In this document: one piece after another, positions 1-12,848 of the stretch
How positions within the stretch are numbered: position 1 is the first letter of the stretch
How the letters are laid out: each line of letters opens with the position of its first letter
Assembly (NCBI GenBank): GCA_029717555.1
Contig: JAMDHS010000123.1
Span: 1 to 50,617, forward strand
Reading direction: 5' to 3'
Length of the DNA stretch: 50,617 nt
From: Peribolospora baueri
Taxonomy: Eukaryota
Made by a program: the position numbers and the translations under genes
The notes under the pieces: model-generated
The model's database searches: none
Seen by the model: the letters and a program-made list of their open reading frames with translations, nothing else
Told to the model about the DNA's origin: nothing

Positions 1-1217
1 CTGTGGTCTGTCTCTACCCTGGGTAAATCGGCACGTGGCGGTGGGGAAGATTGCCGCAGTCCCGCCGCCCGGCTGCGGAGGGTTACGGCGCGATGGGGCT
101 GAGAGAATAGGAGCGATTTAAATATATTTTCGCCTTCGCTTACCAGCTTTGCTTACGTTTTGCCATCCATCCTCCTCGGGTTAGTCCCCGTCCCCGTTCC
201 CCGTCACCCCACTTCCTTCGTCATTCTCTCAAGATGTATTACCTAATCCTCGCACTGTAGCCATCGATCGGCCCGCCGGTTTCGTGGAGGGGGCAAAACA
301 AGAACGAAAATGATTGTTAAATATCACCGATCGACTCGACGAACCAGCTCGTCCCCCGCGTCGTCGTCCCTTCTTCCTTCCGTGCTGAAAGAAAAGAAGG
401 GTGACATGGTATGGCAGGGCATGGTATGGTAATGCGCGTGGGACACCAGCCCACATTCTTTTCTTTTGTTGTTTGTCGTCCTTCCCTCTTCAGTCACGTC
501 GCTCGCTCGACGCCTTCGCCGCGGTGAACGAAAATAATAAAAAACCTGAGTGATTCAAGGGATTAGAGGCGGCTGTTGGATGGCTTTCGACTCGGCGGAG
601 AGGGGCGCCGATGGATCGATGGATGGCCGTCTGGCGAATAGCGTCGACGAGGTGGTACGTTGGTTACGTTTACGCGCCGCCGTCACTTTTCCTTTTTTCT
701 TTCCCTTTTCTTTTCTTCCTTTCCGCCCCCCCTCCCCCCGACGCCGTCACGCACGCGCCTCTGTCACACGGGAGCGGGAGCGGCGCCCGCCGCGCCGGCG
801 TAGGTAAAAAAAAAAAAAAGTGGTTGGGACGACATTAAGGAGCGAGCTTGCTACATCGTGGTCTGCTCGGCATTAGGTATGGCAGTATGGCGTCCGAAAG
901 GGTAGGGTGTGGTGTAGTGGTGGTGGTGGGGTGGACAGAGAGAGAAGTCGACCATGGAGGCTTTTGCAAAAGCACGACGACGGGCGACGGCGGGTGGACG
1001 GACGGACGGGACGAAGCGTTTCGGGGGTGTACGAAAGACGAACGAAACGACGACAAAGGCGGAATTGGGGCAACGAAGCGACACCGGAGACAATGCAAAG
1101 CGCCAAGCAAGACGTATACGTATACGTGGAAGAGGCCCACATCCCGTCGATCGCCCTCTCTCCGCCCCCAAGTCTGCTCAACTCGACGTGGCGCACAGAC
1201 CACTTAACTACCTCTCC

Positions 1218-2049
1218 TCAGGCCTCGACCTTCTGGCCCTTGACCTCGAGACTCCTTTCGCGAGCGACCATGACCCTCTGCTCCTCGCTCATGTTGCTGA
1301 GGCCGATCTGCCAGCTGGGGGTGTCCCAGCCGACGGTGGAGGAGATGCCGTTGATCTGGTTGCTCAAGTCGGCACCGCGGCGGGCGGACCGCTCGCGAGA
1401 GATGAAGACGGGCACGAGGATGGTGTAGAGGAGGGCGACGATGAAGACGACCCAGGAGAGACCCTCGCAGGCCTTGACGACGTTCTTGTAGTACTCGGCG
1501 TGCTCGTACGTGTTGCCAGGGACGAGCTTGCCGTGCTGCTCGTCCTTGCCCATCCTGACGGCCGTGGTCACGGCGTTGGCTAACGAGGGAAACCCGGCGG
1601 CGGAGAGGGGATAGCATTTGCATCAGCGCCCGGTCCTTCGTCTCCAACCATGCGCTCCTTGTCCTAAGATTAAAGAAAAACGCACCGAAAGACCACCAGC
1701 CGACGACCTGCCAGCCGCCGACCTCGATGGCGAGGGAAGTGCGACCGCTTCGGATGACGAGGTAGATGGTAAAGAGCATGGCGATGATCATGGCGACGAG
1801 CTCGGAGACGATCTCCTGGGGGTAGCCCTTGAAGTGCTCCTTACACCTGTCGACGACGATCGCGCTGAGGATGAAGCCCGAGAACGTTGCGGGCAACTGC
1901 ATGGGCGGCGGACAAAGGCAAGTAAGGGTTAGGACGAGGTGAGCGAGGCCCCTGTTCTATTCTGTGGGGTCCATTCGGGACCGGCCCGGCGGTGGGTCTT
2001 GCACACTGACCATCGTGTAGACGGCGAGGAATCGGATGCTCTGGAACAT
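1218..2049 (-). CDS. Putative 4-TM membrane protein (MARVEL-like), 3 exons, ~203 aa
   Basis: Exons 2049-2011 (MFQSIRFLAVYTM), 1896-1686 and 1579-1218 join in frame through GT..AG introns. Four hydrophobic segments are followed by a hydrophilic tail. The MARVEL label is inferred from topology only. Confidence 0.7.
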
Positions 2050-2185
2050 GGCGACTGTTGTTCGTCAGAAGGAGTAGGGAGAGGGATCGAATGAGGAGGA
2101 GAAGGAGGAGGAAGGGTTGCCGAGTGTGCGAGGGCGTGGGGGTCGACGAGGACGAGGAGTGGACAGCTCGTTCGAGTCGGGAGGG

Positions 2186-2187
<2 letters not shown>

Positions 2188-2222
<35 letters not shown>
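2188..2222. repeat. Poly-G tract (35 nt)
   Basis: Uninterrupted G run read directly. Confidence 0.95.
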
Positions 2223-2224
<2 letters not shown>

Positions 2225-3399
2225 GAGGGACAAGACAGGCTTGGCCGGGAGGGAGATGGCTTGGCCGACGCGTATATGTAGAACTTGACATCGGCGTCTA
2301 CGGAGGGCGAGTGCCGGGCTGGTGGCGAGGGAGAAGGGAAAAGTCGGTTGGAGGGATCGATTAGAAGGAATCGATGGATTGGATGGCTGACGACGGCCGA
2401 CGGCTTTCTTTCGCTTTGGTCTGGCCTTGTCATCGCCATCGTCATCGTAAGGTGAGCATACTACGCCGTTGAGGAGAGAGCGCTCGCTCGCTCGCTTACT
2501 TGCAAGTCGTCAGCCAGACAGCCAGCCAGACAAGACAGACAGGCAGACAGACAGAGGATCGCAGAGATCCATCATACCCTTCTCGTCTCCCTCTCTCATC
2601 TCGTCTCATCTCGTCTCGTCTCGTCTGACTGGACGCGGCAGAGTAAGACAACGTCACACAAGTCCCGTAAGCCGGACGGGCGGACGGACGGACGAGGGAC
2701 GAGGAGGCCGGCAGGACAGCACGGACGGTCCGGCGGTCGGCGAGTAGTCCAGTCAGCTCCAGAAATTTCGTAAGAATTTCTCCCCTTCCCTCCACTTCCC
2801 TCCTTTCGGACCGGCCGGGGTGGATGCGACGGCGCGAAGGAAAAAAAAGAAGCGGTCGCCGTCGTGTCTTCGGCCGAGAAAAGGAACACGATGATGCGGT
2901 ATCCACCCGGGCCCCACTGGCGAGCGCCCGCGCCCGGCGAGCGTTCGACGATGGCTCGCAACGCCGGCGCGGCCACGTGTCACTCACTGTCATTCACTAC
3001 TACCCTCCTCTCAAGACGTGGCTGGCACAGACAGCCAAGGCGCTTGCTTGCCTGTGTGTGTCACCGTCCGTCGATCTGGCCTGGTGGTGAAGGGACGGAG
3101 GCAAGTCGGTTGCGGATCGGTGCACGCCTCGGGACGGACAGGGTAAGTCACTTCCAGTCCGTCCCGTCCGACCGTCAGACGGATGCCGGCGGACGAATGG
3201 ACAGGGAGGCGACGAGACGGAGACGGGTCCACCAACGTTCCGCCGTCGCGCTCTTCGCTCTCGCGCTTGCTTGCTTGCTTTTGCTTGCCACCCGCTCGAC
3301 GACGCTGTCTGTCAGGAAGAAGACCACCGCCAGCCGACCTGCCTGTCCCTTCCTCTTTCACGCCGAGATGGTCGGCCCGGAGCTTTTCGGCCGCCGATC

Positions 3400-3482
3400 G
3401 CTGCTGCGGCAGTCTTCCGCTGCTGCGGCAGTCCTTCCGCTGCTGCGGCAGTCCTTCCGCTGCTGCGGCAGTCCTTCCGCTG
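3400..3482. repeat. Minisatellite, ~4 copies of 20-bp unit GCTGCTGCGGCAGTCCTTCC
   Basis: Direct tandem copies without spacers; the first copy lacks one C. Confidence 0.95.
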
Positions 3483-3614
3483 ACCCATCCCATCCCGACA
3501 CCGTCCGGCCTCGGCAACCGCTCGGACCGGTCGTCCCTTCTTCCCCTTCCTTCTCGCGAGCAGCTCTGCTTCTACGCGAATCACATTCAGCACTTGATGA
3601 GATGGGATGGATGA

Positions 3615-3640
3615 ATAGATAGATAGATAGATAGATAGAT
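3615..3640. repeat. (GATA)n microsatellite
   Basis: atagatagatag... read directly. Confidence 0.9.
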
Positions 3641-3755
3641 GGGTGCGGTGAGGTCACGCTCCCGGCCTGCCGTCGCTTGCCGAGCCGAACGACACGAGAC
3701 CAAGGACAAGGTCACGGTGCGCGCCGGGTACGAGCTCTTTACTGTGGCAGGCATT

Positions 3756-5527
3756 CTAGTAGTACGCCGTCATCTTCTCCACCACTCTCGGCACCCTCCT
3801 TAGCTCCGCGTCCCGCTTGGCGACGCTCCAAACGTAGCCGTCGAGATCCACCTCGTTCACCGCTTTCATCCACCCCTTGGCCTCCTCCTCCTCCGACAGC
3901 TCCCTCGCCCGCGCCGCCAACGTCGCTCCAGCGTCGAGCGCCGCCGCTCGCAGCCGGAACGCGTCTGCGTGCGACAAGTGCGGGCCCTCCTCCACGTCGT
4001 AGAGCAGCCCCTTCTCCGCTCTCGGCCGCGGCCGCTGCTGCTCCTTCTCGTCCTCCTCCGCTTTCCTCTCCGCTTCAGCTTGCTCGGCAGCGCGCACGCT
4101 TCCCTCGCTCCGCTTTCCTATCCTCCCCCCCGCTTCCCGTAAACCGGTAGAGCAGGCGGACGACAGGTCGAGGATGCCGAGGTGGACAAACATCGTCGGG
4201 ATCACGTTGTCGACGAACATCGGCAGCGACCGCGAGTCAGGCACGGGGATAGACGCCGACGAGGACGTAGAGCCGAGGCGCATGTGGATGGCTTGAACGA
4301 GGAAGAAGGCTTTTTTGAAGATGTAAGTCGCTTGGGAAGCCGAATCGAATCCGACGGTTCCGTCGCACCCAAACGAAGGAGGAGAGAGCGAGAGGAAAGA
4401 AAAACATCGATCGGTCAGACGACGCTGCACGACTGTCACGCACGGTTCGACGGACGAGCCCACCGTGGCCGTCCACAAGCGCCATGTCACGGAACCCTGG
4501 CACGACCTTGACGACCTGAACGCGTCGTCGAGTACCCCAAACCATGAACAGAAGAGAGCCGTCGTCAGTGCCGGCGGAAGCGTCCTCGTCGAGTCGCTCG
4601 CTCGTTCGCTCGTTCGCCGCCGCGGAGCCTCACCCTCTCGATGACAGCGTCCGCATGCGCGTTGTCCCCCTCCTCTCCAGCCGCCTCCAATTCCCGCCTC
4701 CTCTCCCCCTCCATACACCCTTCGGCCACGAGCGTCCCGAGGTCCTTGTATCCGCCCTTCTTGAGCGCCTCACCAGCCTCGTTCAACGTCCTCGTCACCA
4801 GATCCACCAGCTCTGCCGCCTCCCCTCCTGGCATGCCCACCGTCAAGCCGGGGATGCTCACGTGAGCCTCCTCGACGTGCAAGGGCAGCCTCATGAGCTC
4901 TGCCACCTGCTCCCTCCCTATGACCCTCATCCCTTCCGCAGATAGCATCGACTCCCTCCCCGAGCCCGTGTCCGAGAGGTAGAGGCCGAGGACGAAGGAC
5001 AACATCGTGTCCCACGCCCCTCGCCCCCTCACTCGGTGCAACACCGACCGATACCCCGAACCCATGTTGAGCAAAGCGATCAACGAAAGCACGTTCAGCT
5101 CCGCCAGCGGCGAGGCGAATCGCAGAGGAAGAGAGAGTCCGTGCTGCTTTGAGAGCTCTCGAAACGAATCTTGGTCAAGCGATAATAGGAAGCTGTCCAC
5201 GGCTGCCTTGTCGATCTGTGTGGCGAAGACGGCGAGCACGAGCGCGAGCGGGAATACGCCCGGACCGACCAAGACCAAGCCAAGGCAAGTCAAGCCGACA
5301 GGGACCGAGTCAGCCAGCCGAATCGGCGCTCTCCCCTTCCTCCCTCCCTTCCTCCCTCCCTCGCCGCCTCCATCCCTAAGCGCCGCCCTCGCAGCTCAGC
5401 TCAGCTCAGCTCGCCCGCTCACCTTGATCCCAGACGCTTCTCGAAGCTCCCTCGAGCTGGTCCTCGAATAGTCGATAAACTTGCCCTTGGGCGGGAACGG
5501 TGGCTGGGGAACGTCGTCTACAGACAT
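3756..5527 (-). CDS. Queuosine salvage / Q-nucleotide N-glycosylase (QNG1/DUF2419)-like protein, 4 exons
   Basis: Spliced product MSVDDVPQPP..; motifs LLNMGSGY, PGFRD, YIFKKAFFL, LPMFVDNVIP, DLDGYVW and C-terminal TAYY resemble the family's FRD / FYKRAQ / FADY / D..LW / terminal YY pattern. Confidence 0.65.
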
Positions 5528-5805
5528 GATTGAATCAAGTCCAAGTTGCTAGCTAGGGCTAGGACGTCAGTTTTGCCGCGTCACTGGACCGACTCAACTG
5601 CCGACGAGCCAGGTGTGAGTAAAGTGATCGACGCGTCGCGACTGCTGACTAAACAATACAAGGCCCTCTTGCGTGCGACCATTTTCTTTTTCTTTTCACA
5701 CCCGCAAGCGCCATTCAAGATAGCTGAAGAGCTTTCTAATCGATGTACTGCCAAAAAGGTTGGATATACGATATGGACATTGGATCCTCGACGCGAACCT
5801 TCGAA

Positions 5806-8800
5806 TCACTTCATCTTCTTGTTCTCTCCCTCTCCGTTCACCTTCTCCTCGATCTCTTGCGTCAGCTTCTCAAGGTTCTCCGCCGCTCGGCGCTTTTCTC
5901 GCCTCTCCAAGCCCTTGGTCACTATCGCTTTGGGCGCTAGGTCTGCATGAAAATGGTTGCGCAAGCCAGGCAGACCAATCCGGCGTCAGAAGAAGACCGT
6001 GGGATGCACTCGGGAGATGGAAAGGAGCAAACGTACCAGCAAAGAGCCACTTGCAGATAAGTTCGACAGCCCATGAGCCTCCAAAGTCGGCGAGCATGAC
6101 ACCGGTGAGCTTGATCATGAACTACAATAAAAATCAAGAAAAAGTCTTGATCAGCCTCCCTGCCGTAGGATGCGAAACGGTAATGTCGACACCGTACCGT
6201 AGTGTTCGGGAACTCCGTCAGCTGCAGCCACCTGCTCAATTCGGGCGAGAACTCGGTGGAGCCAGCGAAAGCAATGCCAGCGCAGGCCAGAAGACCGTAA
6301 TAGAGGGCCGAGTTCTCGTGAATCGCCTCGCGGAACGGTCGTCCCTGGTAGTTGATGGCAAAGGTAGAGACCTGCTGCGAGAGGCTGATACAGAAGATAG
6401 CCGTGTTGAGCAGCGTCGGTTTAAACTCGGCTTCAAGGTCCACGGGATCGCGGCTGGTGATCCGAGGCACCAAAAGCAGTCAGTTAAAGAAGGCCTGGAA
6501 AGAAACGAGAGAAGAAAAACGTCAAACGACTTACGTCTCAAAAAGATTGGCGAGATTGGTGATGTACAGCAAAGAGGCGATGTGGATCGCGAACTGCAAC
6601 AGCACGGAGAGGAGGACGTAAAAGTTGAAAATATTGCCCAGCGGGCGCTCTTTCGAAAGCTTCTCAACCGGCTGAAATGGCGGAAGACACGGAAACGAAT
6701 GAGGATATCAGACCATGGGCACACAGCTCAATGCTCTGGCAGCGACGACGAGCAGCGGCCTTACACACCTTCGCCCTAGAGATGCAGAGGAAGCAAACGC
6801 TCATGAGCATGCCGCTGATCGTCGCTTGATAATCACCAAACTTGATGCCGTCCAAATACAGCACGCTCAAGCTGTACGCCTGAATGAGGCAGTTGAGGGC
6901 CAAGATCTTGTACATCTGGATGGTCGCCACCAGAGTGCAGCGACCTTGCCTAATTATATTCGGAACTATTGGATAGGAACGCAGCAAATCAGCACGAAAC
7001 TTAGCCACTGCAAGAGCTGAGATTTACCTACTAGCAATAACGTTGGACAGCTTAGAGGTGAACGGCGCAGCGACAGAAGCGTCGCCGAGCTTGATCTGCG
7101 GCGGCTGATCGTCGTCCTCCATCTCGGCCATCTTAGCGGTAATGGAAGCCATATCGAACTGGTGACGGACACAGGGGCAATTCAGCAAAGGACGCTTCTG
7201 CTACATCAGTACAGCCATCTACGCACCTTCTCCAACGGGTTGCGCTGCCGTGCCGTGTTCTGCTTCTGAAGAGCCTCCTCCCTCGCCTTGACAAGGTCAG
7301 GGTAGACCTGAGCGAGCACAGGCGGGACTGGCGGAGGCGCTGCGTTGAAGCGAAGACTGAGGCTGAGCTGACTCTCGTACACCTTTTTCATCCTCTCGTT
7401 CCTCTGGTGCTCTGCGATCTTCTTCAGATCATCAGGGGAACCATCCAAGAGAGCGACACCAATGTTGGCCATCTTGAGCGCGCCTACATCGTTGGTGCCA
7501 TCGCCTGCCATCAAGGTGATATAACCTAACGACTTGAGCGTGGACAAAATGAACTCCTTCTGGGACGGCGAAACTCGAGCGTAAACCCAGGTGTTCTGGA
7601 CGAGATCCTTCCATGCTGGCTTGTCCTCGAATTGCTTCAAGGCCGCGCCGGTAATGCAAATGTCGTACGTGTCGAATAGAGTAGTGTCGATCGGCTCCGA
7701 CACGTTAACAGAAATAATTTTCCTCTCATCGACGGTCCGCCAGACGAGGTCTGGGATCGCAGAAGAGTAAAGGGACCAACGCATCAGCTCCCCATGAGCT
7801 TCGAGTGCACCGTGCACGGCGGACGAAGATCACTCACCGTCATCTCTGGTAGCACCCTCACGCAAATCGAGAATAAGCACTTCGCGATCGACAATCTCGA
7901 CGTCCTTGGCAACGTGAGCTGCAGTCAATGGATTGTCACCAGTGATCATGACACACTGGAAACGATTTTGGCAAGGTAAGGATTGTCAGTTGGAAGTCAT
8001 AGCACGGTGGATGAGAGCGCCCTACCCACGCGGTGAGACGAATCGTTCAACATCTTGAGCGCCTCGACAGCGTCAGGCTTGAGAGGGCAGTGGAAGACGA
8101 GGAAGCCGGCGAACGTAAGCCCAGACTCCACTTTTTCGCGGGCCAAGTGATTGATCTGTAAGATAGTCGCAAGAGAACAAAAGTGAGCTGGCATAGCCTG
8201 CCACAGACGGACGAGGAAAATTTAATGAGAGCAAAAGGCTCTCACCTGGTCCCCTCCAACACCATCCATATATTTGTAGCCGAGAGCCAGCACCCTGCTT
8301 CCCCGTCGGGTGAACCATTTGTACGTCTCATCATAGTCGGCTGGAGCGCTCGTGTACATCGCCTTCAGCGTCTCAGGCGCGCCCTTGACGGCGACGAACG
8401 TGCGCCTCTTCGCGCCAGTCCCAGATCCTGCTCCTTCAACCACGAATGAGACGGTGCTCATGCGCTTCAGAGCGCTAGAGAACTGGAAGCGACGACGGAC
8501 GGAAACCTGAGCTTTGTGCTTCGAGACCGGCGGTGCAGGCTTCCCTTCCCCAGCGGCTACAGGGGGGGCGGGAGTGATGAGGTCGCCTTTGGATAGCTTC
8601 CAGTTCAGTGCATCCAGCGTGGTCTTCTCCATAGGATCGCCCACGACGCCATCGTCAAGCAGAACGAGAGCATGAGCAGACGCCAAGGTCAGGGTCGTCT
8701 CCTTTGATGTTGCGAGCACAGGAGTCAACTCCTTCGGGTCGGCAGCACTGCAGGTACACAGTCGACCAGCGTTAGTGAATTGGTAGACCGCTCCACTTCA

Positions 8801-10985
8801 CGTCCAACAATTGGAAACTTACTTGACGCCGGCGACACCCTCGACCACCAGAGCCTCGCCTGTGATCGTACCGGTCTTGTCGAAGCAGCAGACGTCGACG
8901 CGCCCGGCAAACGGAATGCGGAAGGGCTCCGTACAGAAAATTGCAAACTTGGACAACGCCACCAAGGAGGCGTTGACTGCCAAGCTCAGTTCCATCGGCA
9001 GCTCGGGGGGAACCACGGACGTTATGATCAGGATGCAGTCGAGGAGTAGCTTCGACTTCTTGCGGTCCGCTTCGATACCTTTGGAATGTAATTGAAAATA
9101 ATGGTAAGCCTAACCACATCAGAACCGCGAGGCTAGCAGGCTGAGAGTAATCCTGTTATACCAGGGCCGTCACATACCCTTAGTCCAGACATACGCGCTA
9201 GCGGCAATAGCAAAAATGAGCAAAAAGCCGATGAACAGGAACGCCTCGAAGTTGTTCGCAGTCACACGCTCCGAGCTGAACACCATCAAGCGGATGAGCT
9301 GGCCTTGCGTGGTGCCGAAGCCTGTGCGGAGGACGACAGCGAGCGAGCCGCCATCGGGAGCTATGACGACAAGAGAATGAGCTCAGTCCTAAATCTCGGC
9401 GTCGTCGATTCTGACAGTTCCAGCCATATGAACGTACCCGCCAGCCCGTCCATGTTCTCTCCGACGGTGCTCTGGAGCACCTTGGTACCACCGAAAAGGA
9501 CGCTATTCCTGTCCGAACCGTTAATATCGATGTGATCGCTGCCATCACGCAGCTCCACAGACTCTTTCAAGAGCGGCGTACTCTCGCCAGAAAGCATGGC
9601 CTCATTGACGATAGTTGTGCCGTGGAGGAGGAGTAGGTCGGCTGGAAGCGCCGAGTCGTCTTTTGAGCGCACTATTTTAAGAAGTCGAGCAAGCGAATGC
9701 AGGGGAGGATTGAGCATCTTCAGTGCGACGGTCCATGCGCACCTTAGCCAAACTTTACTCACCAACGCTGACGACATCACCAGGAAGAAGCTCGTCCGTC
9801 TGAATCTCCTTCCAAACACCACCCTCTCGCCTGGCCCAGATTGAGTAAGGCTTAATCGACATGGATCGAAACTCCCCAAGGGTTTTAATGCGCTGGATGA
9901 GCGAAGAGACCAGAACGTTTAGTTCGTGGTCTATTGCCCTCGGAGCTCCTGAAAATGGCAGAAGACCACACTTCGTAAATGCAAGGCAGAAACTCACCTG
10001 GAAGACTACAGTGCACTCGAATACCACCAGCATGAACAAAGTGAACAGGGAGTAGTACCAGTACTCGTCAAGCATCCAGAGGCCGACACAGAACACCTGG
10101 AAGACGAAGAAGGGGGCGACGGCGTGCTCCTTGAAGAGTTCGACGAAAGTGGGCACGGGGATGTCAAACTTGTTTGGACCAAAAGTTCCGTACACCGTGT
10201 CGATCGAAGCTTTAGTGATGAGACCCTCCGATGACTGGAAGGTCGAGATGGGCGGAGACTGGTCGACCGGGTACGGCAGGCGAGCGAACGTTGGGATGTC
10301 GGAATCGGCCTTCGGGCTCAGCACATACTTGTCAGCTTGGTAGGTGAAGGAGGTTTCAACAGACCAATCGGGAAGCTAGTAAAAAGCAAATCGTATGGCG
10401 TCGGGCTAGGATCAGAACTCTATCGGACACAGCGGAAGAGGCGAATCTGCGGACGATAGCGAGATCTAATCCTCACCGTCCTCCTATTCAGCGGAACGAG
10501 CTCTCCTTCTCCCTTGTGCGCTTGAGGAATGACTTTGACGAGTTGTGCACTCTCTACGTTGGATGCCTGCAAAAGGACGAGTGAATGTGGGTTGCATGCT
10601 CGTTTAAGCATATGCGCCAGACTGGCAGGTCGGTCTCGCACGAGCTCTTGCTCACCCCATAGCTCGTCAACCTGGCCTTAACGTGAACACTCCATCTTGT
10701 TACCAAAAAGCTCAAAGCATGACCCGCAAGAAGGCACACCGTCACGAGGAAAGTCCACTCCTCCGATCTGAGCCAGTCGTCGTACTTGACGAGGTAGGCG
10801 TAGGCGTAGACGGGGTAAAGCAGGAGGAACGGTGTGGCGTAGAGATGGCTCCATGTGGGAAGGGCCGTTTGAAGGTGGATGGAGGCAATCTCCGAGGAGA
10901 CGACATTGGCGCGCCTGAGGAAATGAATGGTGGCATCCCGTCAGCAGCGCTTATATGACGAGCCGAGCGCAAGTTCTTCTCACAT
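5806..10985 (-). CDS. SPF1: P5A-type ATPase (ER transmembrane helix dislocase Spf1/ATP13A1), multi-exon
   Basis: [84 protein letters not shown]-terminal KKMK. Confidence 0.96.
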
Positions 10986-11340
10986 GGTGGGCCGGCGTCT
11001 TTCGATCGCCGCGTGTAAGGACGAACGGACGACAGTCCGTCTACTCTGCTTCTACTTGAAAAAAAGTAAGCGTGCCGGGAAACAGGGAAGAAAGACACGA
11101 AGCCCTTGATGCGAAGGTGCCCAGACTGTCCGAGTGGCGAGCCAACCGGAGTGGAGCGACTGATTGCCAAGAAGTTCTGGCTGGATAATCGCGATACCAC
11201 AAGGAGCCAGCGAGGCGTGCCGCAGCTATATCACGTGAGAAATTGAGGAGCGGTGGAGAGCCGCAGTCTTCTTGCGTTGAAGATGTCATTCACGGTCGGC
11301 TTCCGTGACGGTTGTTCCGTTCCGTCCGCAAACTGTTCTC

Positions 11341-12674
11341 ATGGCACCAACAACACGCTCAAAACAAGCCCATTCCATCGACACACAGCGTAGCCCATCA
11401 GGCAAGCACATCTCGTTCTCAGCTGGCGCGGAGGATGACGCTGACGGGACGCAGGTAGATGCTGCACCGGCGACGGAGGCGTTGGGCGGGGGCGTTGAAG
11501 GAGCAGGGGATCAGGTTGCAGCAACCAAAGGAGACGAGCGAGATGACGATAGCGACGGCGGTGACAGCGATGAAGACGACGAGGCGCCGGAGGCTGTGAG
11601 CAACGTTGGTGCGAAACAGGCGGTCGCAGACGCTTCCAGGAAGGTTCGAGAAGTGGAGAAGAGGTGAGGGAGACCTGCCGGCACTACATGGGTCTCGTTT
11701 CATGCTCAGCCTGACCTTGGCGCTTACTTCGATTGTCGTGCTGTGTTTCATTTGCGCATAACAGCAAAGCCGAGCGAAGGAGGGCGGTTGCGAAAGCTCG
11801 GGAGGCGAGAGCGGCTGCAAACAAGGCTGCCAGGGCCGCCGAAGGAGATGAGGCAGGCGAGGGGTCGGAAGAATCGAGCGAGGATGATGTGGAAATGGAT
11901 GAGGGGACTCTGGAAGGGGAGGGTTCAGAAGAGGAGCAGGGTGACCTGGAGGCGGAGACGAGCTCAAGCGAGGAGGGCCAATCTGATGCGGATACCACGA
12001 AGTCCAACTCCCGCTACCTAGACCCGGCTCTCTTTGCCTCAGCGCTCTCTTCATCGACTAAGGGCAAGGCAAAAGCTTCTGCAGCTCGGAAAGAGGGAAA
12101 GTCCAAACGGACTGGGAAACCTCGAAAGGCGAAGCGAAGCACGAAAGAGCAGGAGGGCGTCGTCAGACGCGTAGGGTGAGCCTTCTTTTCTTTCTGACTT
12201 GACCTCGCCTGTCTGTACTTCCCTCTGACTCGAATTTCTGCGTCTATGTCCATATCAGCGACACCGTGATCCGCTCTCTTCCTCCGGCTGCAACTGATAG
12301 CGGCAATCCGCTCGTGCGTACCCCAGCACCGCCAGCTCCCATCGACCCGGCAACGGCGCTGCCTTCTGCTGCTCCCAGTAGGTTCAAGCGGAAAGCGCTC
12401 TACCGTGCAGGGCAGGCCAAGATGCGACAACCTGGCGGTGGGAACGTGTCGGGCACCAACAAGCGGAGAGGAGGTAAACCTGACGCCAGGACGGTAGATG
12501 GACGACGAGACGGTGAGTTTGATCATCCAGTGATTCAGAAGTGATAATATTCCTACCCTTGTTTTGCAGAGCGAGTCAGCTTACCTCGACGGTTTTGTCT
12601 TCACAACAGCGCACCTGGCCATATCGCAACGACGTACGGGTCCAGCCTTCTCCTTCTCTCGCTCGCAAGCCTAG
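11341..12674 (+). CDS. Acidic/basic low-complexity protein, possibly a nucleolar ribosome-biogenesis factor (Bud21/NOL7-like), 4 exons
   Basis: Joins ORFs 11305, 11733 and 12266 through GT-AG introns. Has a DDEAPEAVS motif, D/E tracts and K/R tracts, and ends GPAFSFSRSQA*. Family assignment is tentative. Confidence 0.6.
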
Positions 12675-12848
12675 CAGCATATCCAGCGCACTGTACCAGC
12701 TTCATTCATACAGACGTCGGCAGAAGGGGGTATTTGTATGATATCTTGTCGTCGCACACAACACGCTCCAACGAATTGACAGTGACGGTACGGTCATATA
12801 AGAAAAAAGGTGGCCGGCCATTCTTCCCTCGCCGGTCGCGTCTACAAT

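Noticed and set aside
229..1207. Overlapping short ORFs on both strands
   Set aside because: They translate low-complexity intergenic or UTR sequence and give no coherent gene model.
3400..3482. CRISPR-like repeat array
   Set aside because: The units are directly tandem with no unique spacers, there are no cas genes, and the context is eukaryotic.
2469..3657. ORFs of up to 252 aa
   Set aside because: They come from microsatellites and the minisatellite in GC-rich DNA; no domain or consistent splice structure.
5760..6779. 339-aa plus-strand ORF
   Set aside because: It is antisense to SPF1 exons, has a non-ATG start and no recognisable domain; a shadow ORF.
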